A DNA stretch of 64,000 nt from the human T2T-CHM13v2.0 reference genome, Homo sapiens. The translations under genes and the position numbers were made by a program. The notes under the pieces are model-generated. The model worked only from the letters and a program-made list of their open reading frames with translations, had not been told where the DNA came from and made no database searches. Positions 11,513-24,163 of this stretch are shown here, piece by piece (position 1 is the stretch's first letter; each line of letters opens with the position of its first letter). The stretch is taken from the NCBI RefSeq assembly GCF_009914755.1, contig NC_060928.1, one strand, 5' to 3'.

Positions 11513-14500
11513 ATAGGATGTAAAGTTAATATACAGAAGTCAACTGCTTTTCTACAGACACACACAATAAGTCGAATTCGAAACAAAAAACCATAAAATA
11601 AATAAATGATATAAACTTATCATTTTCATTTGCACCTCCAGAAATGAAATACTTAGATATAAATTTAACTATATATATATAATATGTATATTAGGAGAAT
11701 TATACAATTCTGATGAACGTTACAAGGAAGAACCAAATAAATGGGGAGATATTCTAGGTCCATAGATAGGAAGACTCAATATTGTCAAGATGTCAGTTTT
11801 TCCTAAGTTGATCAATACATTCCTAATCAAAATTCCAGTAAGTCTTTTTGTGAATATTGACAACTTAATTAGAAAATTCATATGGAGAGGCCAAAGACCC
11901 CAGAATAGCTAACTCAATATAGAAATAGAAAAAAAATCAGAAGACTGACACTATCTGACTTCAAGGCTTTCTATAGAGCTACTGCATCAAAATAGTGTGA
12001 TATTTCCAGAAGAATAGGTAAATAAATCAATTAAACAGAATAGTAAGCCCAGAAGTTGACTCAAATATAGTTAGTTGATCTTTGACAAAGAAGCAAAAGT
12101 AATGCAATGGAGAAAAGACAGTCTTTTCAACAAATGGCACTGGAATAATTGAACATTCAGGTTAAACAAAAAGGATTAATACACTGTTTACAAAAATTAA
12201 CTAAAAATAAATTATAGACATAAATAGGAAATGCAAAACTATGAAATTCCTAGGAGATAATATTTTTAAATATCTGAATTCCTTTGGTTTTGCTGATGAT
12301 ATATAGAGATAATACCAAAGCCATGTTTTTTGAAATAAATAATTAATAAGCTGAACTTTATTAAAATTTAAAACTCTGCTCTTCAAAAGACATTGTGAAG
12401 AGAATGAGAATATATGCCAGACTGGAAAAAATATTTGAAAAAGACATATCTGATAAACAACTGTTACCCAAAATATATTTTAAAAACTCACTTAAAACTC
12501 AACAATAACAATAATACTTGATTAAAAATGGCCAGAAGATCTCAACAGGCACCTCATCAAGGAATATAAACAGATGGCAAATAAACATATGAAAACAAGC
12601 TCCACATCATGTCCTTAGGGTATTGAAAATTAAAGCAACAATGAAATACCACTAAACACTTATTTAAATGGTTGAAATTAAAGCACTGAAAAAAGCTGGT
12701 GATGATGTGGGGCAACAAGAATTCTCATTCATTGCTGGTGGGAATAAAAAATGTTACAGCATCCTTGGAAGCCAACTTGTCAGTTTCTTACAAAACTAAA
12801 TATACTCTGGCCATACTATTCAGCCATGACACTCCGTGGAATTTATTCAAATGAGTCAAAAATTTATATTCACACAAAAATCTGCACATAGACATATATG
12901 TAGCTTTATTCCTAATTGTCAATATAGTAAGAATTTAATTCAGTAGGTGAATTGATAAATAAACTGTTGAACATGAATACTTTAGAATATTATTAAGTAC
13001 TGAAAAGAAATGACTTATCAAGCCATAAAAAGACATGGAGGAAACTTTAATGCACATTGCTAAATTAAGAAAGCCAATGGGAGAAGGCTACGTACTATAT
13101 TAGTTCAAAATATGACATGCTAGAAAAGGCAAAACTATGGAGACATAAAAAAGATCAGTGTTTTCAAAGGGTAAGGGAACACCCATAAAATCCATAACAT
13201 CAAGAATGAACCTAATGTCAAAACTATGAACTTTGGCTGTGTAGGTTCAGTAATTGTGACTAATTTACCACTCTAGTGCAGGATATTGATAGGGAGGAGG
13301 TTGTAAACATGTGAAGATACTAAGTATACGGTAATTCTCTATACTTTCCACTCAATTGGTCTGCAATCCTAAAAGTCCTCTACAGAATAAAATCTATTTA
13401 AATTTTGTATGTCAAAGTACATGTTTAGTGTTCATTTGGCGAGCAATTGGAAATCATTACTACCTTTTGCATATAAAAAATGAATTCCTTTAAATCTGTT
13501 GCAAGAAAGAAAATAACTCACCAACTGGTGAGTTAACTCACCTACCAATCTCATTAAGCCTTTCTTATCGTAACATTGTAACATTGTGGTATTATGATTC
13601 AAATACTTCTTTAATGAGAAGAAAAGATCAGTGTCTTAGTAGACACTTGATTTATCTGAATTTTTAGGCCCATTAATCTTGCTATATTTCTTGGCAGATT
13701 ACGAACTACTCTATAGCCACTGTGTTACATTACTAGATTAATTGATGAGACTATTTTCAAAATAAGTGAGGCCATTGAGCATTAGAATAAAGACTCCAAA
13801 AATATTTTCCTTTGTTTAGTTTTATTTTTTAACAAAATTAAAGTCGGGGTTTTCCCTTGTCACCAGTTGTACATTCTTCACTTCAGTTCTTGCTAAAAGA
13901 AAGAGATCTAAGTAGTAACCTCATAATTCTCCAGCTGAATTGAATCTTAGCTTTCAATGGAAATAATTATTTAACATCAAATATTCAAACCAGCCTCTTT
14001 GTCATATCTCCAAATAAACATTCTATTGATTCATTTAATCCTTAAACAAATATTTTTAGTACCATGTCTAAGTACAGTACATTTCAAGTCCTTCAGAAAT
14101 TCTGAAATAAATATGACATATAACCAAGGTGCTTAATATATCGTGAGCACTGACTAATCAAAACAGATACTCAACTATTAAAGAAAATTTTGGCTGGTAT
14201 TCTGCATAGTTCTTTGCATTTGGAGTTCACAGTGTAATGGGAAAAGAGAGAGGAATAAATGACTATAAGTAAGAAAAAAAAGTAATGTCCAAATTATCGC
14301 ATATGCAAAAATAAGCAAATAGCAGAGAAGGCAGTTAGAAAATTTTGAGAGAAAATTTAGGATTTGAGCTAAAAGTTGAAAATCAAAGACAGAACAAAGA
14401 AAAAAACTTATAAAATTGAAAAATAACCTCTCCAAAACCAAAATAGAAATAAAATATAGACATAGTCATTAATAAAGTTATAGTATATATGTTTAACACA

Positions 14501-14942
14501 AATATTAAATGTTTGTGCTGTCTATATATCAAGGATAGAAATAAACTTAATATTTAGCTCAAAAATTACTGTTCATTTTGGTGTGTATAAACAAAACACT
14601 GAAGAAATGTACCAGCCCACTAGAAATATGCATAATTGAAATTGAAACTTGCTATAACTGAAGTAATAACTCTTTACCAATTAAGACTTACATTTTAAAA
14701 CACTAGTTAAAACAGTATCTACAGATATTCATCTGTAGATTTAGGGAAATAAGATAATTTATACATTACACAGAGTATATTTCTATAATGAATATATTGC
14801 TCAGGATTGATTAGCTTATGCTGCCATATTTAACACAATTAAGTTTTCTTTTTCACTTACCCAAAATCTGCTCATACCTAGGTGAATCATTAGGACAGTT
14901 CAATGATTGATGTGATATCTATCTCTAAGTCCCATCATTTTC

Positions 14943-15873
<931 letters not shown>

Positions 15874-16230
15874 CATCATTTTCAACAAGTGGGCTACAGA
15901 ATATGGTGACAGAGAATTGTCCTGGAGAGCCCAATTTTATTCCCTTGATTCTGAAGATACACACTCAAGTTGTACTCACAATTCATTGGCCAGAACGCAT
16001 ATCTTGATTGCCCAATGACTTCCAGAACGCTAAGAAGTATGCCCAGCAAGGAGAGGGGAACTAGATACTGGTTTTCACATGTAATGTCTCCTAAAAAAAC
16101 ACTTTCATTACATCTACTTTGACAAGTAAACATGGAGAGTAAACATGGAGAGTAAACATACCTGTAATCAAATATAAGGAAGATTGAAGGGTTCATGACT
16201 TTACTGTTTGTTTTTTTTTTAAAGAAGATA

Positions 16231-17816
16231 GGATGTGTTCAAATTGTTTGTGTAGTCTATGATTTCTTTCAGCAGCGTTTTATAGTTTTCTTCGTGGAGA
16301 TCTTTCACCTCCTTGGTTAGGTATATACCAAATAATTTTGTTTCATTTTTTGCAACTGTTGTAAAAGGGGTTGGGTTTTTGATGTGATTTTCATCTTGGT
16401 TGTTGGCTGTTGGTTAATATCAATAGCAGTGCTGTTGATTTGTGTACACTGTTTTGTATCCTGTAACTATACTGAATTCATTTATCAGATCTAGGAGCAT
16501 TTTGGAGGAGTCTTTGGGGTTTTTTAGGGATATCATCATATCATTGGTGACTAGCAACAGTTTGACTTCCTCTTTACTGATCTGGATGCCCTTTATTTCT
16601 TTCTTCTGTCTGATTGCTCTGGCTAGCACTTCTGGTACTACGTTAAATAGAAGTGGTGAAAGTGGGCATCCTTGTCTTGTTCCAGTTTTCAGGGGGAATG
16701 CTTTCAATTCTTCCCTGTTCAGTATAATGTTAGCTGTAGGTTTGCCATAGATGGCTTTTATTACCTTGATGTATGTCTCTTGTATGCTGATTTTGTTGAG
16801 GGTTTTAGTCATCAAGAGATGCTGGATTTTGTCAAATGCTTTTTCTATATCATTGGGATGATCATATGATTTTTGTTTTTAATTCTGTTTGTGTGATATA
16901 CTACATTTATTGACTTGCAGATGTTAAACCATCCCTGAGTTCCTGGTATGAAACCCACTTGATCATGGTGAATTTTCTTTTTGAATTCAGTTAGCTAGTT
17001 TTTTTTAAGTATTTTTGAGTCGACGTTCATCTATGATATTGTCCTGTAGCTTTCTTTTAATGTTATGTCCTTTCTTGATTTTGGTATTAGGGTGATACTG
17101 GCTTCGTAGAATGATTTAAGGAGGACTTCCTCTTTCTCTATCTTTTGAAATAATTTCAGTAAGACTGGTGGTCAATTCTTCTTTGAATGCCTGATAAAAT
17201 TCAGCTATGAACTGATCTGGTCCTAGACTTTTTTTATTGGCAATTTTTCTATTACTGTTTCAATCTTGCTACTTGTTATTGATCTGTGCAGAGTTTCTTT
17301 TTCTTCCTGATTTAATCTAGGTGGATTGTATATTTCCAGAAATTTATCCATCTCCTCTAGATTTTCTAGTTCATATGCATAAAATTGTTCATAGTAGCCT
17401 TGAGAAATCTTTTGTATTTCTGTGGTATCAGTTGTAAATCTCTTATTTCATTTCTAATTGAGCTTATTTGGATCTTCTCACTTCTTTTTTTGGGTAATCT
17501 GACTAATAGTCTATCAATCTTTTTTTTCAGAGAACAGGCTTTTTGTTTTATCTTTTGTATTTTTTTTGTTCCGATTTCATTTACTTCAGTTCTCATCTTT
17601 ATTCTTTCTTTTATTCTGCTAGGCATGAGTTTGGTTTGTTATTGCTTCTCTAGTTCCTTGAGGTGTGACCTTAGATTGTCTATTTCTGCCCTTTTGGACT
17701 TTTTGATGTAGGCGTTGAATGCTATGAACTTTCCTCTTAGCGCCACTTTTGCTGTGTCTCATAGGCTTTGATATGCTTTGTCACTAATGTTGTTCAGTTT
17801 AAAGAATTTTTAAATT
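16231..17816 (-). mobile_element. Inverted 5' segment of an L1PB (ORF2 middle/RT region)
   Basis: Minus-strand [26 protein letters not shown]. Its left end (CACATCC on the minus strand) abuts, in L1 coordinates, the start of the forward segment at 17817. Confidence 0.9.
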
Positions 17817-20156
17817 CATGATCATGAATGAGTAGAATCAATATTGTGAAAATGACCATACTTCCAAAAGCAATCTATAAATTCCGTGCAACTCTCATCA
17901 AAATACCATCATCATTTTTCACAGAACAAGAAAAAAAAATCCTAAAATTCATATGGAACAAAAAAGGAGGCTGCATAACCAAAGGAAGACTAAACAAAAA
18001 GAACAAATCTGGAGGCACCAGTTTACCCAATTTTGAACTATACTATAAAGCCATAGTCAGCAAAACAGCATGGGAACTGGTATAAAAATGGGCACATAGA
18101 CTAATGGGACAGAATACAGAAGCCAGAAGTAAAGCCAAATACTTACAGCCAACTGACCTTTGACAAGGCAAACAAAAACATAAAGTGGGGAAAAGATACC
18201 ACATTCAACAAATGATGCTGGGATAATTGGCAAGCCACACCTAGAAGAATAAAGCTGGAGCCTCATCTCTCAACTTATACAAAAATCAACTCGAGATGAA
18301 TCAAAGACTAAAATCTAAGACCCGAAATTATAAATATTCTAGGAGATAACATTGGAAAAACTCTTATAGACATTAGCTTAGGCAAAGAGCTCATAACCAA
18401 GAACCTGAAAGCAAATGTAACAAAAACAAAGATAAATAGATGGGACCAAATTAAATAAAAAAGCATCTCCATAGCAAAAGAAATAATCATCAGAGTAAAC
18501 AGACAACCCACAGAATGGGAGAAAATCTTCACAAACTATGCATCCAACAAAAGACTAATATCTAGAATCTACAAGGAACTCAAACAAATAAGCAAAACAA
18601 TAGTAATAATAATGATAATTCCATCAAAAAGTGGACAAAGGAAATTAATAGACACTTCTCAAAAGAAGATATACAAATGGCCAACAAACATATGAAATAA
18701 TCCTCAACATCACTAATGATCAGGGAAATGCAAATCAAAACCACAATGTGATACCACCTTACTCTTTCAAGAATGGCCACATTTAAAAAATTAAAAAATA
18801 ACAGATGTTGGTGTAGATGTGGTTAAAAAAGGAACACTTTTACACTGTTGGTGGGAATGTAAACTAGTACAACCATTATGGAAAACAGTATGAAGATCCA
18901 TTAAAGAATTAAGAGCAGAACTACTGTTTGATCAAAAAAATCCCACTACTGGATATCTACCCAAAGAAAAATAAGTCATTATACAAAGAAGATACTTGCA
19001 AATGCTTGTTTATAGCGGCACAATTCACAATTGCAAAAACATGGAACCAGCATAAATGCCAATCAGCCAATGAGTAAAGAAAATGTGGTGTGTATATATG
19101 TATATATCTATATTCTATATATACTATATATAGATATATATATCTACTATACTATATATAGACATACTATATATAGATATATAGATATATACTATATATA
19201 GATATATAGATATATATACTATATATAGATATATAGATATATATACTATATATAGATATATAGATATATATACTATATATAGATATATAGATATATATAC
19301 TATATATAGATATATAGATATATATACTATATATAGATATATAGATATATATACTATATATAGATATATAGATATATATACTATATATAGATATATAGAT
19401 ATATATCTATATATAGTATATAGATATATATACTATATATAGATATATAGATATATATACTATATATAGGTATATAGATATATATACTATATATAGATAT
19501 ATAGATATATATACTATATATAGATATATAGATATATACTATATATAGATATATATAGAATACATATCTATATATAGATATACTATATATGGATATACAA
19601 TATATAGATATATATAAAATATATATCTATATATAGATATACTATATATGGATATACTATATATAGATATATATAGAAATATATCTCAGATATATATATC
19701 TATATATAGGATATAACTATATATAGATATATATATATCTCAGATATATATATATCTATATATAGTTATATCCTATATATAGATATATATATATCTCAGA
19801 ATACTACTCAGCCATTAAAAGGAATAAAATAATGACATTCACAGCAGCTTGGATGGAGCTGCAGACCATTATTCTAAGTGAAGTAACCCAGGAATGGAAA
19901 ACCAAACATTGTGTGTTCTTACTTATAAGTGGGAACTAAGCTATGAGGATACAAAGGCATAAGAATGATATAGTGAACTTTGGGGACTCGGGGGGAAATG
20001 GTGGGGTTGTGAGGGCTAAAAGACTACAAATTGGATACAGTGTACACTGCTAGGGCGATAGGTGCGCCAGAATCTCAGAAATCACCACTAAAGAACTTTT
20101 CCATGCAACCATGTACCACATGCTTTCTGAAATCTATCGAAATAAGAATAAAAATA
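17817..20156 (+). mobile_element. Forward 3' segment of L1PB (L1PB1/2-like), containing a TA-rich minisatellite
   Basis: ORF2 fragment [15 protein letters not shown] and L1PB 3' UTR (AAAAGACTACAAATTGG, TCAGAAATCACCACTAAAGAAC). Confidence 0.88.
19093..19800. repeat. TA-rich minisatellite, core unit 27 bp (ACTATATATAGATATATAGATATATAT)
   Basis: C residues recur with period 27 (19219, 19246, 19273...); array is ~700 bp. Confidence 0.95.
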
Positions 20157-20455
20157 GGCAGGGGCCAGTGCCTCAAATCTGTAGTCCTAGCCCTTTGGGA
20201 GCCTGAGATGGGCCAATCGCTGGAGGGCAGGAGTTTGAGATGAGCCTGCGCAATATGGCGAAACCCAGCCTCTACGAAAAATATAAAGAAAAAAATATAT
20301 TAGTCAGGCATGGTGGTGCATGCCTGTAGTCTCAGCTATTCACGAGGCTGAAATGGAAGGATTGCTTGAGCCTGGGAGGTGGAGGTTGCAGTGAGCCAAG
20401 GTCATGCCACTGCACTCCAGTCTAGGTGACAGAGAGAGAAACTGTCTCAGAAATA
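20157..20455 (+). mobile_element. AluJ in the L1PB A-rich tail
   Basis: Dimeric Alu with J-type GGATTGCTTGAGCCTGGGAGG; highly diverged. Confidence 0.85.
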
Positions 20456-23400
20456 AGTAGGTCAATAAATAAATAAAATAATGTGAAAATAAAATAAGCA
20501 AATAAAAACATAAAAAACTTACTGAATAGAATAAATTAATGAGTAAAAGAACAAAGAACATTTAATTAAAAACAAATAAAAAATAAAATAAAATAAAATT
20601 TTGCTCTTAAGACAGGAATTGGGCAGGATAGCCAAGGTAAGAGAAAAACTCAAAAAAGACCATTGGAGTGCTATTTAGTACAGTGTGTGCAGGTGCTAAG
20701 GGCCTGAATAAGGATGAAATTACAGGAATTTAAAAAATATATAAGGGAACTTAGGAAGGAAGCAAGCTTCAGTTTTCATAAATGATTGAAATTTGAGTAT
20801 GAGAAGAAAAGAAGTCACAAACATGACTATGATTTTCAAAAAGAAGTAAAAAGACTCCTCAAGCTCTCTGTTTAGTACTTCTCTTCACAATGTAAAAGGA
20901 AAAAATTCATACTGGAAAAAATTCATACTGAAAAAAAGAAAAAATATTACAACAAACCACTCACACAAATGTGTATAGTCACCTAAAATTATCTCTACCA
21001 GATTATGAAAACACCAGTTACATAGTAGCGGAATTCCTCAGTTGTTTCCCTGGCCATGGAAGAATACAAGCCCTTTAGGTGCCAGTTTAAGTTTCAGGGT
21101 TAAACACTTGAGGTTTCCTATCTTTGGCATAAAAATGGAGTCATACAGAGGATATATTGAACTGCTATTGAGTAGTTCTGTGTTTATTTTTCTGGCTCTG
21201 CCACTAAGGCTTTTTATGATTCTGGAAAATACAGCTTTTCTGGATCATGTTTTTCCTTTAAAGACCTTTCAATAAAAGATGACCAAAGTCTTTAGCTGAA
21301 ACATTCTAACTTTACCAGGAATGATACATGTTACATTGCCTTATTTAATTTCTACTTAGGAAAACATACCAAATTAAAATAGTGATTAAAGGAGAACTTG
21401 AAAAATTCTAAAAATTATTTTTTCAAGATTCATAGGACTTTTGGTTTATGACATTTTTACAGTGAAAGCACTTTATAAGGTAGCCCTTGTTATACTAGGA
21501 AGTTAAATCAAGATAGAGTTGGAACCTAGATGGAACTAGTTTTTTCAAAATAGAGTTATTTGGTTAACAAGAAATGTAATAATATCCGTATTTCAATTGT
21601 TATTCCAGGGTATTTGTAAACATGGGAATCTTTCTGATCTTTCCCAATAATTATTGGGAATCTTCAGAAAGCATTTCTTTCAAATAATTGGTATGCTACC
21701 TTATTGTGGATTTTATGGTAAAGTTCTTAACATTTTACAATTTTCCTAAGAAATGTCTCTTTTTGCAAGTGCTATGTAATATGTCGTTTTTAATGCATCA
21801 GCTATGAATACACTTATTTTCAATACAGCATTTGAGGATCAGGTAGTTTATTTATTATACCATTTTTTTTCTTTTTTTTCCAGAGTAAGGGCAGAAAATA
21901 AAAGGCCTGCTAATAGTTAAAATATAATCTTTCTTTATGTTAGGGGGAGAAACAAGCCTGTGAACCTAAAATGGCAGCTAAGAAAGGATAGTATTTATAG
22001 AAGCTAGAATATGAAAGGAAATGCCAGGAGATGTCAAAATTGATTGAAACGCTCAAGCCTGACAGCTCTGAAATTTGCAGGTTGAATACCTGCCACAATT
22101 TGTGAATGATCCTCTATATTCTTAAACTGCTTGGTTTAGCTAGCATTGTATAGAAATGGATGAGAGAAGCCAAGAAACTATAAGCTATATCCTAGTGCCA
22201 TTTCATTCCTAAAACTTGCCCTAATACATGTTACTCTGCAATTTAAAACCTGGCTAGAAAAGTATATATGGATGTTAATTAGAAATTTATCCTCTGGTGA
22301 CTTTTTTGTATATCATACATGAATAATTTCAAAATGTAAATACTTTCAAATAACATCTTTCCTACTGAGGTGCTTACTTATTATTTAAGTGATTTGTACA
22401 TGAATGTATGCTCTTTAATTAAATATATTTATTTACCCGCTATTTTATATTTACTTACGTACAGTTGTGTGTGTCTTATGTGTGTATGTAACAGTTAAAT
22501 ATTCACTTGACTTATGGTACTGAAGAATCTGTGCAGCTTTATTAAATAAGATTGGCTGAATTGCAGAATGCTCTAAACAACTATGCAAGAAGATAATAAA
22601 TAAGCATTGACCAAAGAAAATGCATAGAAGACAGTCAGGATCTCTTGGGTAATAAAGGGTAACACAGTCTATTTAAAGTTTACCATCTATTTAAAGCTTA
22701 CTGGCGGGGATGTTTGCAAGTGTTGAAACAAAACCGGAATGGAAATAAAATGATTTGATTTTAGCTAAATCAAAACAAGGTAAATGGTAAAGCAGGGAGA
22801 TATTTACTTTAGTCTTTGTAGAGCTTCTTTTTAGTCTAGCAAAATCCAAGTCCCCACTCTCTCTACCCTACATTATATTCTTTAAACACATATACATACC
22901 CACCCACACATATACATATTTCAAATATAGAAAGAAATAACTGTAGCTATTATAGTTAAAATACTGTTCTACAATACACAACTCTACTAATATAAAAATT
23001 TGACTCTAACTGGTATTTACTCATAAAATAATGCCAAAAGTTGCATATTAGTAGAGACTGAGCATCTTAGCTGTGTTTTTTCTTTATTCTTCTATTAGAA
23101 GCAGTGATGTCTTTGTAGACGTTACATATTTTGTTAAAAAATTTGACAAACTACAAGTCCTCAATCTTTCTAAAGAACAATAATGCTAAAGAAAACATAC
23201 AAAAGATTTAGCATTTCACTATTGAGGATAATGAATAATAATTTTCTTCTTTTTTAATAGAGTTTTTCAGATTTGAGAGAAACTGGAATATTGGCTTCAA
23301 AAAAACAGTTCCATAAAAATATAGTTATCCTTATATAACATCAGAAGATAGAAAAATTATATTCAAATACATACATTTATTTTTAAAATAAATATTATTA

Positions 23401-24163
23401 AGAGGGCTGATGTCAATAAATATGAACATCCTTAACAAATTTGAGAAATAGGTTCTGAAAATTTCACTACCAACAACAAAAAATGTAGAAAGCCCTGATC
23501 TAATTACTATGCAGGAATATAATTAATTTGTTGTAATTAAATAGGAAAAAGAAAAACAAGTGAGAAGTTGACAAAGAGAAATACTTTAAATGTTTTTACC
23601 TTCCTTTAGGGATAGTGTACCTTTCCTATTTAGATGGACTCTATCATCATCAGAGCTTTGGTATATGTTTACTACTCTATCTTCATTTAAACCTGGTACT
23701 GTTGCCCCAGTCACTCCCAACCCATCCACCTCCATTTGAGTAGCCTGCCTTTCCTGTGGTTTTGTCATTTTATTCTATCCTTCACTGAATTTTAATGTCA
23801 CCATTCCCCTATCTAGTTGAAATGATTATGACTTTAGAGCCAATGGCTGCAACTTTAGTACAATGCACTAAACTTTAATCAAATGGTGACTTTAGAGCCA
23901 ATTATATGGTGAATATTAAACTCTCAAACGTCATTGGAATAAATGAATAAAGGTAATATAGCAGTGTGATAACTTCAGATTGTGTAGTATTTATTGCAAA
24001 TAACTTATGAGCAAAATAAACTATATTCAAATTGTATTTAAATATTTTAGAGTAGTCTAAAAGATAGCCTAATTGCTGATATAATCTGTCCGATAAATAG
24101 AAAAATAAAATTAGATAAACTTAGCTAAATCTAACTATGTAGAAATATCTTTGTGATAATAGG

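Larger units (their letters stand above)
4720..13400 (+). mobile_element. Near full-length ancient L1 (L1MC-like), host to three younger insertions (UQCRQ retrocopy, MST LTR, LTR12)
   Basis: Degenerate 5' region, ORF1-like (5.6-6.4 kb) and ORF2-like (6.9-12.9 kb) sequence, and an L1MC-type 3' UTR (GAAAAGGCAAAACTATGGAGAC...TACCACTCTAGTGCAGGATATTGATA) ending near 13400. The L1 is collinear across each insertion. Confidence 0.8.

Noticed and set aside
10840-11596. Several overlapping 100-156 aa ORFs
   Set aside because: They lie in the GC-rich LTR12 U3, where stop codons are rare by composition.
14717-14740. 10-bp stem, 4-nt loop hairpin ATCTACAGAT-ATTC-ATCTGTAGAT
   Set aside because: Short enough to occur by chance in 64 kb of AT-rich DNA.
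16125-16159. 13-bp tandem duplication (also a 16-bp one at ~20900-20932)
   Set aside because: Commonplace slippage duplications.
23586-23815. Protein-like 60-aa minus-strand ORF ending at a donor-like AAG|GTAAAA
   Set aside because: No recognisable homology, an in-frame stop just upstream, and purine-rich sequence resembling a decayed L2. Not supportable without a search.
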